Positions 1 through 9,008 of a stretch of 64,000 nucleotides of DNA are shown piece by piece; the first letter of the stretch is position 1, and every line of letters starts with the position of its first letter. The notes beneath the pieces were generated by a model. That model saw only the letters and a list, made by a program, of their open reading frames with translations, searched no databases and was not told where the DNA came from. A program made the translations under genes and the position numbers. The DNA is from a virus (lineage: Duplodnaviria; Caudoviricetes). The stretch covers positions 64,001 to 128,000 of IMG/VR virus record IMGVR_UViG_3300025357_000008. One strand, 5' to 3'.

Positions 1-2
1 TC

Positions 3-467
3 ATGCACGTTCAAGGTGATTCCTATATACAAGTTGACGGTAATGTTAATCAGACTGTTGGTGGTGATATGATAACTCATGTTACCGGTAATGCTGAGAT
101 TATTGGTGAAGGTGATTTAGATATTTCAACAAATGGTGCGTTAACTCTTTCAGCAGACTCATTACTTTTAAATTCTGATTTGACTGTAAATGGTAGTGTA
201 ACAGCTCTAGGCGGTATTTCAGCAGTAAGTTCAATATCTTCTTCAACTGGTAGTATACTTGCACCTCTAGGTTCAGTTGCAGTCGGCCTTAAAGCATTGA
301 CACCTGCGGTTCTTGTACCAGGAAACATTTATGATGCAGGACCTTTAGCAACACCTGATACCTCAACACTTTCTGCATTAAGAACTTTCTACGATACACA
401 TACTCATATTGCAATTGGTTTAGGCTCACCAACAGCACCTCCAATACCATTAGACCCATCCGTTTAA
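3..467 (+). CDS. gp5: Baseplate central spike (gp5-like), C-terminal part; 5'-truncated by window edge
   Basis: VxGxxxxx octapeptide beta-helix repeats (VQGDSYIQ VDGNVNQT VGGDMITH VTGNAEII); C-terminal HTH motif; directly upstream of gp25. Confidence 0.8.
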   Translation: MHVQGDSYIQVDGNVNQTVGGDMITHVTGNAEIIGEGDLDISTNGALTLSADSLLLNSDLTVNGSVTALGGISAVSSISSSTGSILAPLGSVAVGLKALTPAVLVPGNIYDAGPLATPDTSTLSALRTFYDTHTHIAIGLGSPTAPPIPLDPSV

Positions 468-468
468 A

Positions 469-476
469 CATAAATA
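469..476 (+). promoter_or_regulatory. T4-type late promoter core CATAAATA
   Basis: Intergenic near-match to TATAAATA, 4 nt before the gp25 ATG. Confidence 0.65.
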
Positions 477-480
477 GAAA

Positions 481-870
481 ATGGCAAGTACAATTATATA
501 CTCAGACTTAGACTTACGTTTCCTTCCCAACCCGGTGACGGGCGATATATCTATGAGTTATAATGAGCAGGCAGTCATTCGTTCTATCAAAAATATTCTT
601 TATACTGCACCGTATGAAAGATTATTTGACCCAACAATCGGTAGCGGTCTACCAGCATTATTGTTTGAGCCAGTTTCACCACTTACCGCAAGTAGTATTG
701 AGGATGAAATTATCAGACTCATTTCAAATTATGAGCCAAGAGCAACAATTTATCAGTTAAACGTTTCTGCAAATGCAGACCAAGATAGTTTTCAAGTCAG
801 TCTTTCTGTTTTTATTGGTAATAATACGACACCGACTGCTATCAATCTAATACTTCAAAGGAATAGATAA
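481..870 (+). CDS. gp25: Baseplate wedge subunit gp25
   Basis: YSDLDL, SIKNILYT..YERLFDPTIGS and YEPRA motifs; 129 aa; between gp5 and gp6. Confidence 0.93.
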   Translation: MASTIIYSDLDLRFLPNPVTGDISMSYNEQAVIRSIKNILYTAPYERLFDPTIGSGLPALLFEPVSPLTASSIEDEIIRLISNYEPRATIYQLNVSANADQDSFQVSLSVFIGNNTTPTAINLILQRNR

Positions 871-2942
871 TGGCTGGAGCCAATTCTAACATTCAACTAA
901 CTGCTCTAGATTTTAACACAATCAAGCAGAACTTTATTACCTATCTACAAGGTCAGTCTCAGTTTAAAGATTACAACTTTGAAGGTTCTGCTATTGATAC
1001 CCTATTAGATGTTTTTGCTTATAATACACAGTATAATGCTTTCTATCTTAATATGGTAGCTAATGAGATGTTCTTAGATTCTGCTGTGCAAAGACGTTCT
1101 GTCGTTTCACATGCAAAGTTATTAGACTATACACCCAAATCTGCAATATGTCCTGTTGCATTTGTCAATATGAGATTTACAGGAGTTACAACACCGACTG
1201 TAACTTTACCATCATTCTCAACGTTTTTGTCTGAACAAATCAATGGCGTTAATTATGTTTTTACAAATATTAATCCTGTAACAGCAACAACAAATTTAAT
1301 TACTAATGTTTGTACATTTTCTAATGTTGCAATATATCAAGGTGTACTTGCATCTTACTCATTTACCGTAGATTCTACAAGTAACCCAACATATACATTT
1401 GAAATACCTGATAATGCTATTGATACCACAACATTGAAAGTTGTTGTTCAACAATCTTCATCAAATTCAGCAGTTCAAGTATATCAACCAGCATCAAATA
1501 GTTTATATTTAAATGGTTCTTCTACTGTTTATTTCATCAATGAAGCATTAACCGGCAACTATGAAATTTCTTTTGGTGACGGTATTCTTGGTAAACAATT
1601 GACAGATGGTAATATTATTACAGTTTCTTATTTGTCAACAGAAGGTTCTTCAGCGGCAGGTGCAAATAGTTTCTCATTAATGACTAACGTTGGTGGATTT
1701 AATGGTATTGTTACTGGTCGTTTACCGGCAACAAAAGGCTCGAACAAAGAATCAATTTCTTCTATTAAGTATCAAGCACCTAAAGCATATGCCGCTCAAG
1801 GTCGTGCAGTAACTAAAGACGATTACATCTCTGCTATTCAACAGAATACATTATTCGGTTTTGATGCTGTAAATGTTTGGGGTGGACAAGAAAATGATCC
1901 GCCAGTATATGGACAAGTATTTGTTTGCTTGAAGCCCTCAGGTGCATATACATTAACTCAAACACAAAAGACTGTTATTACCGACCAGATTTTAAAACCT
2001 ATTTCAATGATGACTGTTGTTCCGGTAATCGTTGATCCTGATTACAATTACATTAAGATAACATCTAATGTTTTGTTTAATTCAACACAGACAACATATA
2101 GTGCATCACAAATGGGTTCTTTGGTATTCAATTCAATTAAGAATTTTGCCAACACAACATTAAACACATTCAATTCAACATTCTCTGGCTCCGATTTAAT
2201 TGTAACAGTTCAAAATGCAAATCAAGCTATTTTAGGTAATGAAATTGCAATTCAGTTACAGAAAAAATTCTATCCTAGTTTAACTGGTTCTCAATCTTAT
2301 AAATTTAACTTTGGTGTACCACTTCAAAGAGGTGTATTACTAAGTGGTGTTACAAGTTATCCTGGCATTCAATACACAGACCCAACAAACATTACAAATA
2401 TAATTGATGGTGTTTATATTGATGAAATGCCAGAAGTGACATCAGGTATTCAATCCATTTCAATTATCAATCCTGGCTATTCATATCAGTATCAACCAAC
2501 TGTCACAATCTATGGTGATGGTACAGGTGCAACTGCTGAGGCAATTCTTACAAATGGCTCTCTGAGTGCAATTAATGTGACTAATGCAGGTTCAGGTTAT
2601 ACTGCCGCTTCAATCGTAATCACACCCGCAATTAATGACACCTCAGGTACAAATGGTGCCGCTGTTGCTACATTAGAAGGTCAGTATGGCACATTACGTT
2701 TATACTATTATAACGGCAATAATGTCAAAACTATTTTAAACCCAAACATCGGTGTAATTGATTATATAAATGGTATCGTCACATTAAATGCATTTAATCC
2801 TGTAAATGTTGACAATGCTCTTGCTCAATTGTCTATTACAGTTAATCCTGCATCGACTATGTTCTCATCTACATACAATAGGATTATCACGGTTGATCCT
2901 AATGATCCGACTGCTATCACAGTTAATGTAACCGCAAAATAA
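870..2942 (+). CDS. gp6: Baseplate wedge subunit gp6
   Basis: LDFNTIK, FKDYNFEGS, NEMFLDSA, YEISFGDG, QGRAVTKDDY motifs. Confidence 0.93.
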   Translation: MAGANSNIQLTALDFNTIKQNFITYLQGQSQFKDYNFEGSAIDTLLDVFAYNTQYNAFYLNMVANEMFLDSAVQRRSVVSHAKLLDYTPKSAICPVAFVNMRFTGVTTPTVTLPSFSTFLSEQINGVNYVFTNINPVTATTNLITNVCTFSNVAIYQGVLASYSFTVDSTSNPTYTFEIPDNAIDTTTLKVVVQQSSSNSAVQVYQPASNSLYLNGSSTVYFINEALTGNYEISFGDGILGKQLTDGNIITVSYLSTEGSSAAGANSFSLMTNVGGFNGIVTGRLPATKGSNKESISSIKYQAPKAYAAQGRAVTKDDYISAIQQNTLFGFDAVNVWGGQENDPPVYGQVFVCLKPSGAYTLTQTQKTVITDQILKPISMMTVVPVIVDPDYNYIKITSNVLFNSTQTTYSASQMGSLVFNSIKNFANTTLNTFNSTFSGSDLIVTVQNANQAILGNEIAIQLQKKFYPSLTGSQSYKFNFGVPLQRGVLLSGVTSYPGIQYTDPTNITNIIDGVYIDEMPEVTSGIQSISIINPGYSYQYQPTVTIYGDGTGATAEAILTNGSLSAINVTNAGSGYTAASIVITPAINDTSGTNGAAVATLEGQYGTLRLYYYNGNNVKTILNPNIGVIDYINGIVTLNAFNPVNVDNALAQLSITVNPASTMFSSTYNRIITVDPNDPTAITVNVTAK

Positions 2943-5900
2943 TGATACAAAGTAATCAGAAAACATCGTTATTCATACCATCGCAGTTACCTGAGTATCT
3001 ATTAGATACTTCGGTATATGGGAATAACTTCGTAACGTTTTTACAAGCGTATTACGAATGGATGGAACTCGCTAATACTGCAAATGCTAATACAGTAACA
3101 GCAGACACTAACGGTACTCAAGGTGCTCTATATGCATCAAAGAGTCTATGGGATTATACAGATATCGACAATACTCTTGAAGGTTTTCAACAGTATTTCA
3201 TTAATGATTTCTTACAATACTTTCCAGCAGAATCTTTAATATCACCTACGACTGCGGTAAAAATTGCAAGACAATTGTACCAGTCTAAAGGTACTCCTGC
3301 ATCGTATCAATTTTTATTCAGAGTTTTGTTTGATTCAGACTTTGATTATTTCTATACAAAAGATGCCGTCCTTGCCGCATCTTCAGGTAAATGGTATGTA
3401 CCTAAGAGTATTCTTTTAGAAACATCAGATACAAACTTTCTTGCCGCAGTCAACTATAAAGTATTTGGTTTAATATCAAAATCATTTGCTACGATTGAAA
3501 ATGTTATTTTAGCTGACAATAAAATTGAAATTTTTATTTCTGATATTGAACGTTTGTTTCAATCAGGTGAATCAGTAACTATTGTAGATGCTTACAATCA
3601 ACCGGTTTACTTTTTAAATGGTAAAGTGGTACCAGCAGGCACATCTGGTGCAGAAACTTTAACTGCTGTTATTCTTGGTCAGATTAGTCAAATCAATATC
3701 AACCCAACAGCGAGAGGTCTTGGTTATAACGTAGCAGACCCTGTGATTGTATATGGTGGTTTGAATTCTAACGTTGCAAACCCTATCGGTGCAATTGCTG
3801 AAGTCGCTTCAGTTACAACAGGTTCTATTCAAGATATTACTGTTGTAAACGGTGGTTATGGATATTCAACATTTCCACCAAGCGGTACATCATTGTATCC
3901 AGGTAATGCAGTTTCATTAATCTCTATTACTGGTCAGCAAACATCAGGCGCAAATGCCACAGTATTTTCTGTAGCATCTGGTGGTGAGGCGACAATAACT
4001 ATACCTATTGATTCTATTGCAGTTTCTAATGGTTTTAGTATTGGTAACACATTAAGTTTCTTATCAGCAAACACAAGTGCAACTGCAAATGCAACACTTG
4101 CAAACGCACTAACATTCACGACAATACAAACTAACCCAATCGGCTCTGTTGTATTGAATAATGGTGGCGGTGGTATTAATTATGTTCCTGTAGCAACAGC
4201 ACAGTCACAGTATGTTTCAAACGACACTACAAACAATATTTTTGGTAGTATCAGTTCTTTAGGTATTCTTGCACCTATTCAGATTGCAAATACAGGAACA
4301 GGATACAGTAATAATGACACAATCGTATTTACCGGTGGCTGCGGTTACGGTGCAAATGCAAGAATTCGTGTTAATGCAAATGGTAGTATCATAAACGTAA
4401 TGTATCAAGCAGTTTCAGGTTTACCGTCTGGCGGCTTAGGATATATTGGTGGTGTTTTACCTAACGTTTCAATACAAACATCTACAGGTTCTAATGCTAC
4501 TATATACGTACCTGGCACACTTGGTTCTGGTGCAACATTCTCATTAACATTGAATCAGATTGGTGCAGTAAGTTTAATTAATGTACTGCAAGGCGGTGAA
4601 GATTATACTGGAACACCGAATGTATCATTAGTCGTACAAGATATCGTAGTCTCAAATCTTATCCCTGCACTTCTACCAGTATCTGGTGAGACCTTGTATC
4701 AAGGTGCAAACGTAAACGTTGCATCATATATCGCAACTGTTAACTCTATTTCATTGCTACAGCAAAACGGAAACCCTAGACAATCTGTTTATAATTTAAG
4801 AGTCTTCAATTATACATCACAACCTAATCCAACATTACCATTATTAATTAAAAATACAAATATTAATATGGCAATGGTTAATACTGCTTACGGTGCTACT
4901 CAGTATACACAGTCAGTTTATAATCAATATGGTGTAAGAAACTATGGTGACGGTAACGCAAGAGCATCAACAAAATATTTAAACGGTCTTGTGATTGGAC
5001 AAGGTCAATATCTAACATCATCAGGTCAACTAAGTTCTTATGATGTATTGCAGAGTAAAGACTATAATAATTTCACATATCAAATTACAGTTGAGAAAGC
5101 AATCTCTGATTATAGAAGTACTCTATTAAATCTATTGCACCCATCCGGTGTTAATTTAATTGGCAGATATGCGCTAAAATCTAACACAGTAGTTGATTAT
5201 GATATCGAAGATACACTAGCAACACAAGAATATTTGAACAAGATTATAGGCACAAATAACGTACAAGGTACGATGAACGTTGCAGACAATCAGTATGTCG
5301 CATCTGCTAATATATACTATCACGGTTATAATTATCAAGCAAACGATATTCTGACAATCTCTGGCGGTACAAGTGTATACCCTGCACAAATTAAAGTCTT
5401 AAGTGTATACGGTTCAGCAAATGACATCGGTTCATTTGTGGTAAGTAATGTCGGTAACTATAGCGTATTCCCAACAAATCCAGTTTCAGTTACTGGTGGG
5501 GCAGGTTCGACTGCACAGTTTAATCTGGCACCAGATTATCTAAACTACTCTGCAAATACAATCTCTATTGGTTATTTACCAACTGGTAACTATATAAACT
5601 ATTCTACGTTTGTAACTATGACAACCGCAAACAATTTCAATGTTGTTTCAGGTCTTGCTAATGTAAACTTTGCCGCTAATACAGTTACATTAACGGATAG
5701 TGTTTGGGTACGATTTGCGAATGTTGCTTATGGTACCGGTAACAGTAATTCAAGCATAATAAATATATCAAACGTATACACAGATGTATATAACATCATC
5801 AATGATGGTGTCTATTCAAACACTTCTTATCCGATAATTGATGTCATTCAAACGAATGATGTCTTAAGTAGTAATGGTTATTATATCGGTAAAGTTCAGT

Positions 5901-6109
5901 ATGTTGATTATGCAAACAGTATCGTATATTTAACTTCAAACTCAGCATTGACGTTTACTTCAAACATTGCAGTTAAGAAGATTCCTGTTGCAAACGCAAA
6001 TCAAATTCTACTAACAGGACCAATAGGTGTACAATACATACCATACATAATAACAGAAGACGGTTACCAATTGGTGACAGAAGACGGTCAAAATATTCTA
6101 TTAGGATAA
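2942..6109 (+). CDS. gp7: Baseplate wedge initiator, gp7-like
   Basis: FLQAYYEW, LYQSKGTPASYQFLFRVLF, LQSKDYNNFTY and LLHPSG motifs; between gp6 and gp8. Confidence 0.75.
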   Translation: MIQSNQKTSLFIPSQLPEYLLDTSVYGNNFVTFLQAYYEWMELANTANANTVTADTNGTQGALYASKSLWDYTDIDNTLEGFQQYFINDFLQYFPAESLISPTTAVKIARQLYQSKGTPASYQFLFRVLFDSDFDYFYTKDAVLAASSGKWYVPKSILLETSDTNFLAAVNYKVFGLISKSFATIENVILADNKIEIFISDIERLFQSGESVTIVDAYNQPVYFLNGKVVPAGTSGAETLTAVILGQISQININPTARGLGYNVADPVIVYGGLNSNVANPIGAIAEVASVTTGSIQDITVVNGGYGYSTFPPSGTSLYPGNAVSLISITGQQTSGANATVFSVASGGEATITIPIDSIAVSNGFSIGNTLSFLSANTSATANATLANALTFTTIQTNPIGSVVLNNGGGGINYVPVATAQSQYVSNDTTNNIFGSISSLGILAPIQIANTGTGYSNNDTIVFTGGCGYGANARIRVNANGSIINVMYQAVSGLPSGGLGYIGGVLPNVSIQTSTGSNATIYVPGTLGSGATFSLTLNQIGAVSLINVLQGGEDYTGTPNVSLVVQDIVVSNLIPALLPVSGETLYQGANVNVASYIATVNSISLLQQNGNPRQSVYNLRVFNYTSQPNPTLPLLIKNTNINMAMVNTAYGATQYTQSVYNQYGVRNYGDGNARASTKYLNGLVIGQGQYLTSSGQLSSYDVLQSKDYNNFTYQITVEKAISDYRSTLLNLLHPSGVNLIGRYALKSNTVVDYDIEDTLATQEYLNKIIGTNNVQGTMNVADNQYVASANIYYHGYNYQANDILTISGGTSVYPAQIKVLSVYGSANDIGSFVVSNVGNYSVFPTNPVSVTGGAGSTAQFNLAPDYLNYSANTISIGYLPTGNYINYSTFVTMTTANNFNVVSGLANVNFAANTVTLTDSVWVRFANVAYGTGNSNSSIINISNVYTDVYNIINDGVYSNTSYPIIDVIQTNDVLSSNGYYIGKVQYVDYANSIVYLTSNSALTFTSNIAVKKIPVANANQILLTGPIGVQYIPYIITEDGYQLVTEDGQNILLG

Positions 6110-6112
6110 TAA

Positions 6113-7597
6113 ATGTCAACAGTAAAAATTACAGCATTACCATCACTATCAGCTTTTGCTGGTGCCAACACCGGCAACGCAACTTTTATTGGTGTTGATA
6201 TATCGCAAGATAAAACAGTTCAATTCACAGGAACGACTCTTGCTCAACAATTGTATCTAAACAATTCTTTAGTTGTTGGTAATAATACTATTCAGTTACC
6301 AAATACTATTGCACAGTTCTCAGGCAATTCAAATAGTTATTTGCAAATTAATGCACAAAACTTTAATCCTAACGGGTCTATTGATGTCGTTTTAACTGCT
6401 GATGATGGTACTGATTTGGGCGGTTATATTGATTTGGGTCTGAATAATTCTCAATTTAATGCTAATGCCGTTGGTCAAACATCACAGTTTCCGCATGACG
6501 GTTATTTGATTGTCGATGGACCTGGTGCGAATTCTACAGGTAATCTTGTAATAGGTACTGCAAATCCTGGTACTAATGTTGTATTTGCAGTTGGTGGTTA
6601 TCAGTCAAACAATATCGTTGCAGTTGTAGCCGCTAACGGTATTGTAATGAACACTAATACGTTTATTACTTTTGCAGATGGCACAAAAATAACAACAGCA
6701 AACGTAATTACAAATTTAAACACATATGCATACTCTGCTTATTCTGAAGCAAACGCCGCATGGACACTTGCAAATGCCGCTTTTGCTTTAGCTAATACAG
6801 ATACCTCTGGTCTTGTTACTACGATTAATTTTGTAAATGCAATGGCTAATACGACAAACTTAGCGTACACACAAGCTAATAATGCCGCTTCGTTTGCTAA
6901 TGCCGCTTTCACAGAAGCAAATACAACATATTCTTCATTAATTTCAGTCGCAACTTTTTTAAATTCAATTGCTAATACTGCTAATTTAGCATACACCGAA
7001 GCCAATTCCGCATCTGCATGGGCTAATGCTATCAATGCAACACAGAATACTAATATAACTGCCGCTTATGCCCAAGCAAACGTTGCAAACTCAATTGCAA
7101 ATACAGCAGTTCAGAATACATCAACTATTCAAATAAACAATTTAAATGTATCAGGTAACGTAGTTTCATCAGGAAATATTAATGGTGCTTACATGTTTGG
7201 TAATCAAAGTTACATGACAGGTTCTGTTACTGCAACTACTATTATTGCAAACTCGTATACATACAGTTCAAATACAACAGCAACTGCAATTCAAACTGGT
7301 AGTAGAACAACTTTAGTGTATGCAAACGGAACTTCTGGTGTCATTGTAGGTTACAATGCAAGTGCATTACAACATCAAACAGGTTATGTATTTACTGTGT
7401 ATAACAGCTCAGTTTTACATCCTTCTGATATTGTTATTGTTTCTGTTCAGAGTACAAACTGCCCAGTACTTCAAGTTTCTACAGCAAATACTAGAGCAGG
7501 AAGTTTTGATGTTGCAGTTTACAATGCTTCAAGTGCCGGTAACGATGCCGCATACACAATGAATCTTAACTTTGGTATTATTAGGGTCGGATCTTAA
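6113..7597 (+). CDS. Putative baseplate-attached fibre protein (KITALP N-terminus, ANxA[FY] heptads)
   Basis: 494-aa N/T/A-rich ORF with coiled-coil-like repeats; shares a QNF..D..YIDLG domain with 28160 and 31571. Confidence 0.6.
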   Translation: MSTVKITALPSLSAFAGANTGNATFIGVDISQDKTVQFTGTTLAQQLYLNNSLVVGNNTIQLPNTIAQFSGNSNSYLQINAQNFNPNGSIDVVLTADDGTDLGGYIDLGLNNSQFNANAVGQTSQFPHDGYLIVDGPGANSTGNLVIGTANPGTNVVFAVGGYQSNNIVAVVAANGIVMNTNTFITFADGTKITTANVITNLNTYAYSAYSEANAAWTLANAAFALANTDTSGLVTTINFVNAMANTTNLAYTQANNAASFANAAFTEANTTYSSLISVATFLNSIANTANLAYTEANSASAWANAINATQNTNITAAYAQANVANSIANTAVQNTSTIQINNLNVSGNVVSSGNINGAYMFGNQSYMTGSVTATTIIANSYTYSSNTTATAIQTGSRTTLVYANGTSGVIVGYNASALQHQTGYVFTVYNSSVLHPSDIVIVSVQSTNCPVLQVSTANTRAGSFDVAVYNASSAGNDAAYTMNLNFGIIRVGS

Positions 7598-7598
7598 A

Positions 7599-7606
7599 GA
7601 TAAATA
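7599..7606 (+). promoter_or_regulatory. Late promoter core GATAAATA
   Basis: Intergenic, 4 nt before the gp8 ATG; same geometry as at gp25. Confidence 0.65.
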
Positions 7607-7610
7607 GAAT

Positions 7611-8999
7611 ATGGCAAATCAAAATTTACTCACATACGCCGCTAGAATTGCATCAATCAATCAGGACTACTATAGTCCTGTTGCGGTTTTACCACCAGCG
7701 CATACAATACCATTACAATCAACTTATGCTTTCTTAGCAAACGTTGACCCATGGACAGACGATAACAATCCTCCGGCACCTACACAAGACCAGCAATCTA
7801 TTAAGAAGGTCTTTAATAATATATTTGCCGTTAAAAAGGTAACTTCTGGTGATATTTGCCCTGTCGTTCAACGTATAGATTGGTCTGCAAACACAGTTTA
7901 TAACTACTATCAAGATAATATTGATATGTTTGCCGTTGATTCTAATGGGTTTTTGCTGAATAATTTCTATGTGAGAAACAGTTACGACCAAGTCTTTAAG
8001 TGCCTGAGTAACAATAGCGTAGGTTCGACATCTACTGCGATGCCTTATTTTCAGCCAGGCCAATACAACACCTTCAATGTTTTTGAAGGCGCTGACGGCT
8101 ATAAGTGGAAATATTTATACACAATTAATACTGGACTTAAGACAACCTTCATGGACGCATCATGGATGCCGGTACCATTAGGTTACAATACACCAAACCC
8201 AACACTATCTCAATCATCTTATGGTGTTGGCGGTATAGATGCTCTTGTCATTACAAATGGTGGTTTCGGCTATAATCCTACGACTAATCCAATAACGGTA
8301 ACAATCACGGGTGACGGTACTGGTGCAACAGCAACAGTAAACGCACTTCAAGTTAACAATGTTGGCGCTATTACAGATATCACAATCACAAATCCTGGCT
8401 ACAATTACACATACGCTAATGTGACAATCACATCTGGCTTGGGTACTTCTGCAACTGCTATTGCACCTGTTTCACCTGTCGGTGGCCATGGTTTCGATCC
8501 TGTTTCTGATTTGGGTGCGACTAATGTAATGTACTCTGTAGCATTTAACTCTGATGAAAGCGGTAATATTCCAACAAATATATCATATCATCAGATAGGT
8601 TTGATGGTTAACCCAACAACATACACGTTATCACCCAATCCTGCAACTGGTAGCATATATAATACAACAACATCAATTGTTGTAGCACCAGGACCTGGAA
8701 CATTTGTAACAGACGAAATCATACAACAAATAGATTCATTCGGAAAAGTATTATTTTCTGCTAAGGTTGTTAGCTATAACGTTACAACCAATGTATTAAG
8801 TGTGATAAATACAAATGGTAATTACGTAACAAATCAAACAGTTCAAGGACTGACTTCAAAAGCAGTTAGAGTTTTGTTAACAGTTTCAAAACCAGATTTC
8901 GTTGCGTTCTCTGGTTACATCACATACATAGAAAATAGAAGTGCAGTACAACGTAGTGCTGACGGTATAGAACAATTCAAATTTGTACTAGGGTACTAA
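7611..8999 (+). CDS. gp8: Baseplate wedge subunit gp8
   Basis: RIDW, FYVRNSYDQVFKCLSNN, DGYKWKYLYTI, GGHGFDPVSDLG, YIENR..VQRS.DGIEQFKFVL motifs. Confidence 0.9.
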   Translation: MANQNLLTYAARIASINQDYYSPVAVLPPAHTIPLQSTYAFLANVDPWTDDNNPPAPTQDQQSIKKVFNNIFAVKKVTSGDICPVVQRIDWSANTVYNYYQDNIDMFAVDSNGFLLNNFYVRNSYDQVFKCLSNNSVGSTSTAMPYFQPGQYNTFNVFEGADGYKWKYLYTINTGLKTTFMDASWMPVPLGYNTPNPTLSQSSYGVGGIDALVITNGGFGYNPTTNPITVTITGDGTGATATVNALQVNNVGAITDITITNPGYNYTYANVTITSGLGTSATAIAPVSPVGGHGFDPVSDLGATNVMYSVAFNSDESGNIPTNISYHQIGLMVNPTTYTLSPNPATGSIYNTTTSIVVAPGPGTFVTDEIIQQIDSFGKVLFSAKVVSYNVTTNVLSVINTNGNYVTNQTVQGLTSKAVRVLLTVSKPDFVAFSGYITYIENRSAVQRSADGIEQFKFVLGY

Positions 9000-9008
9000 A
9001 GGAAAAAA

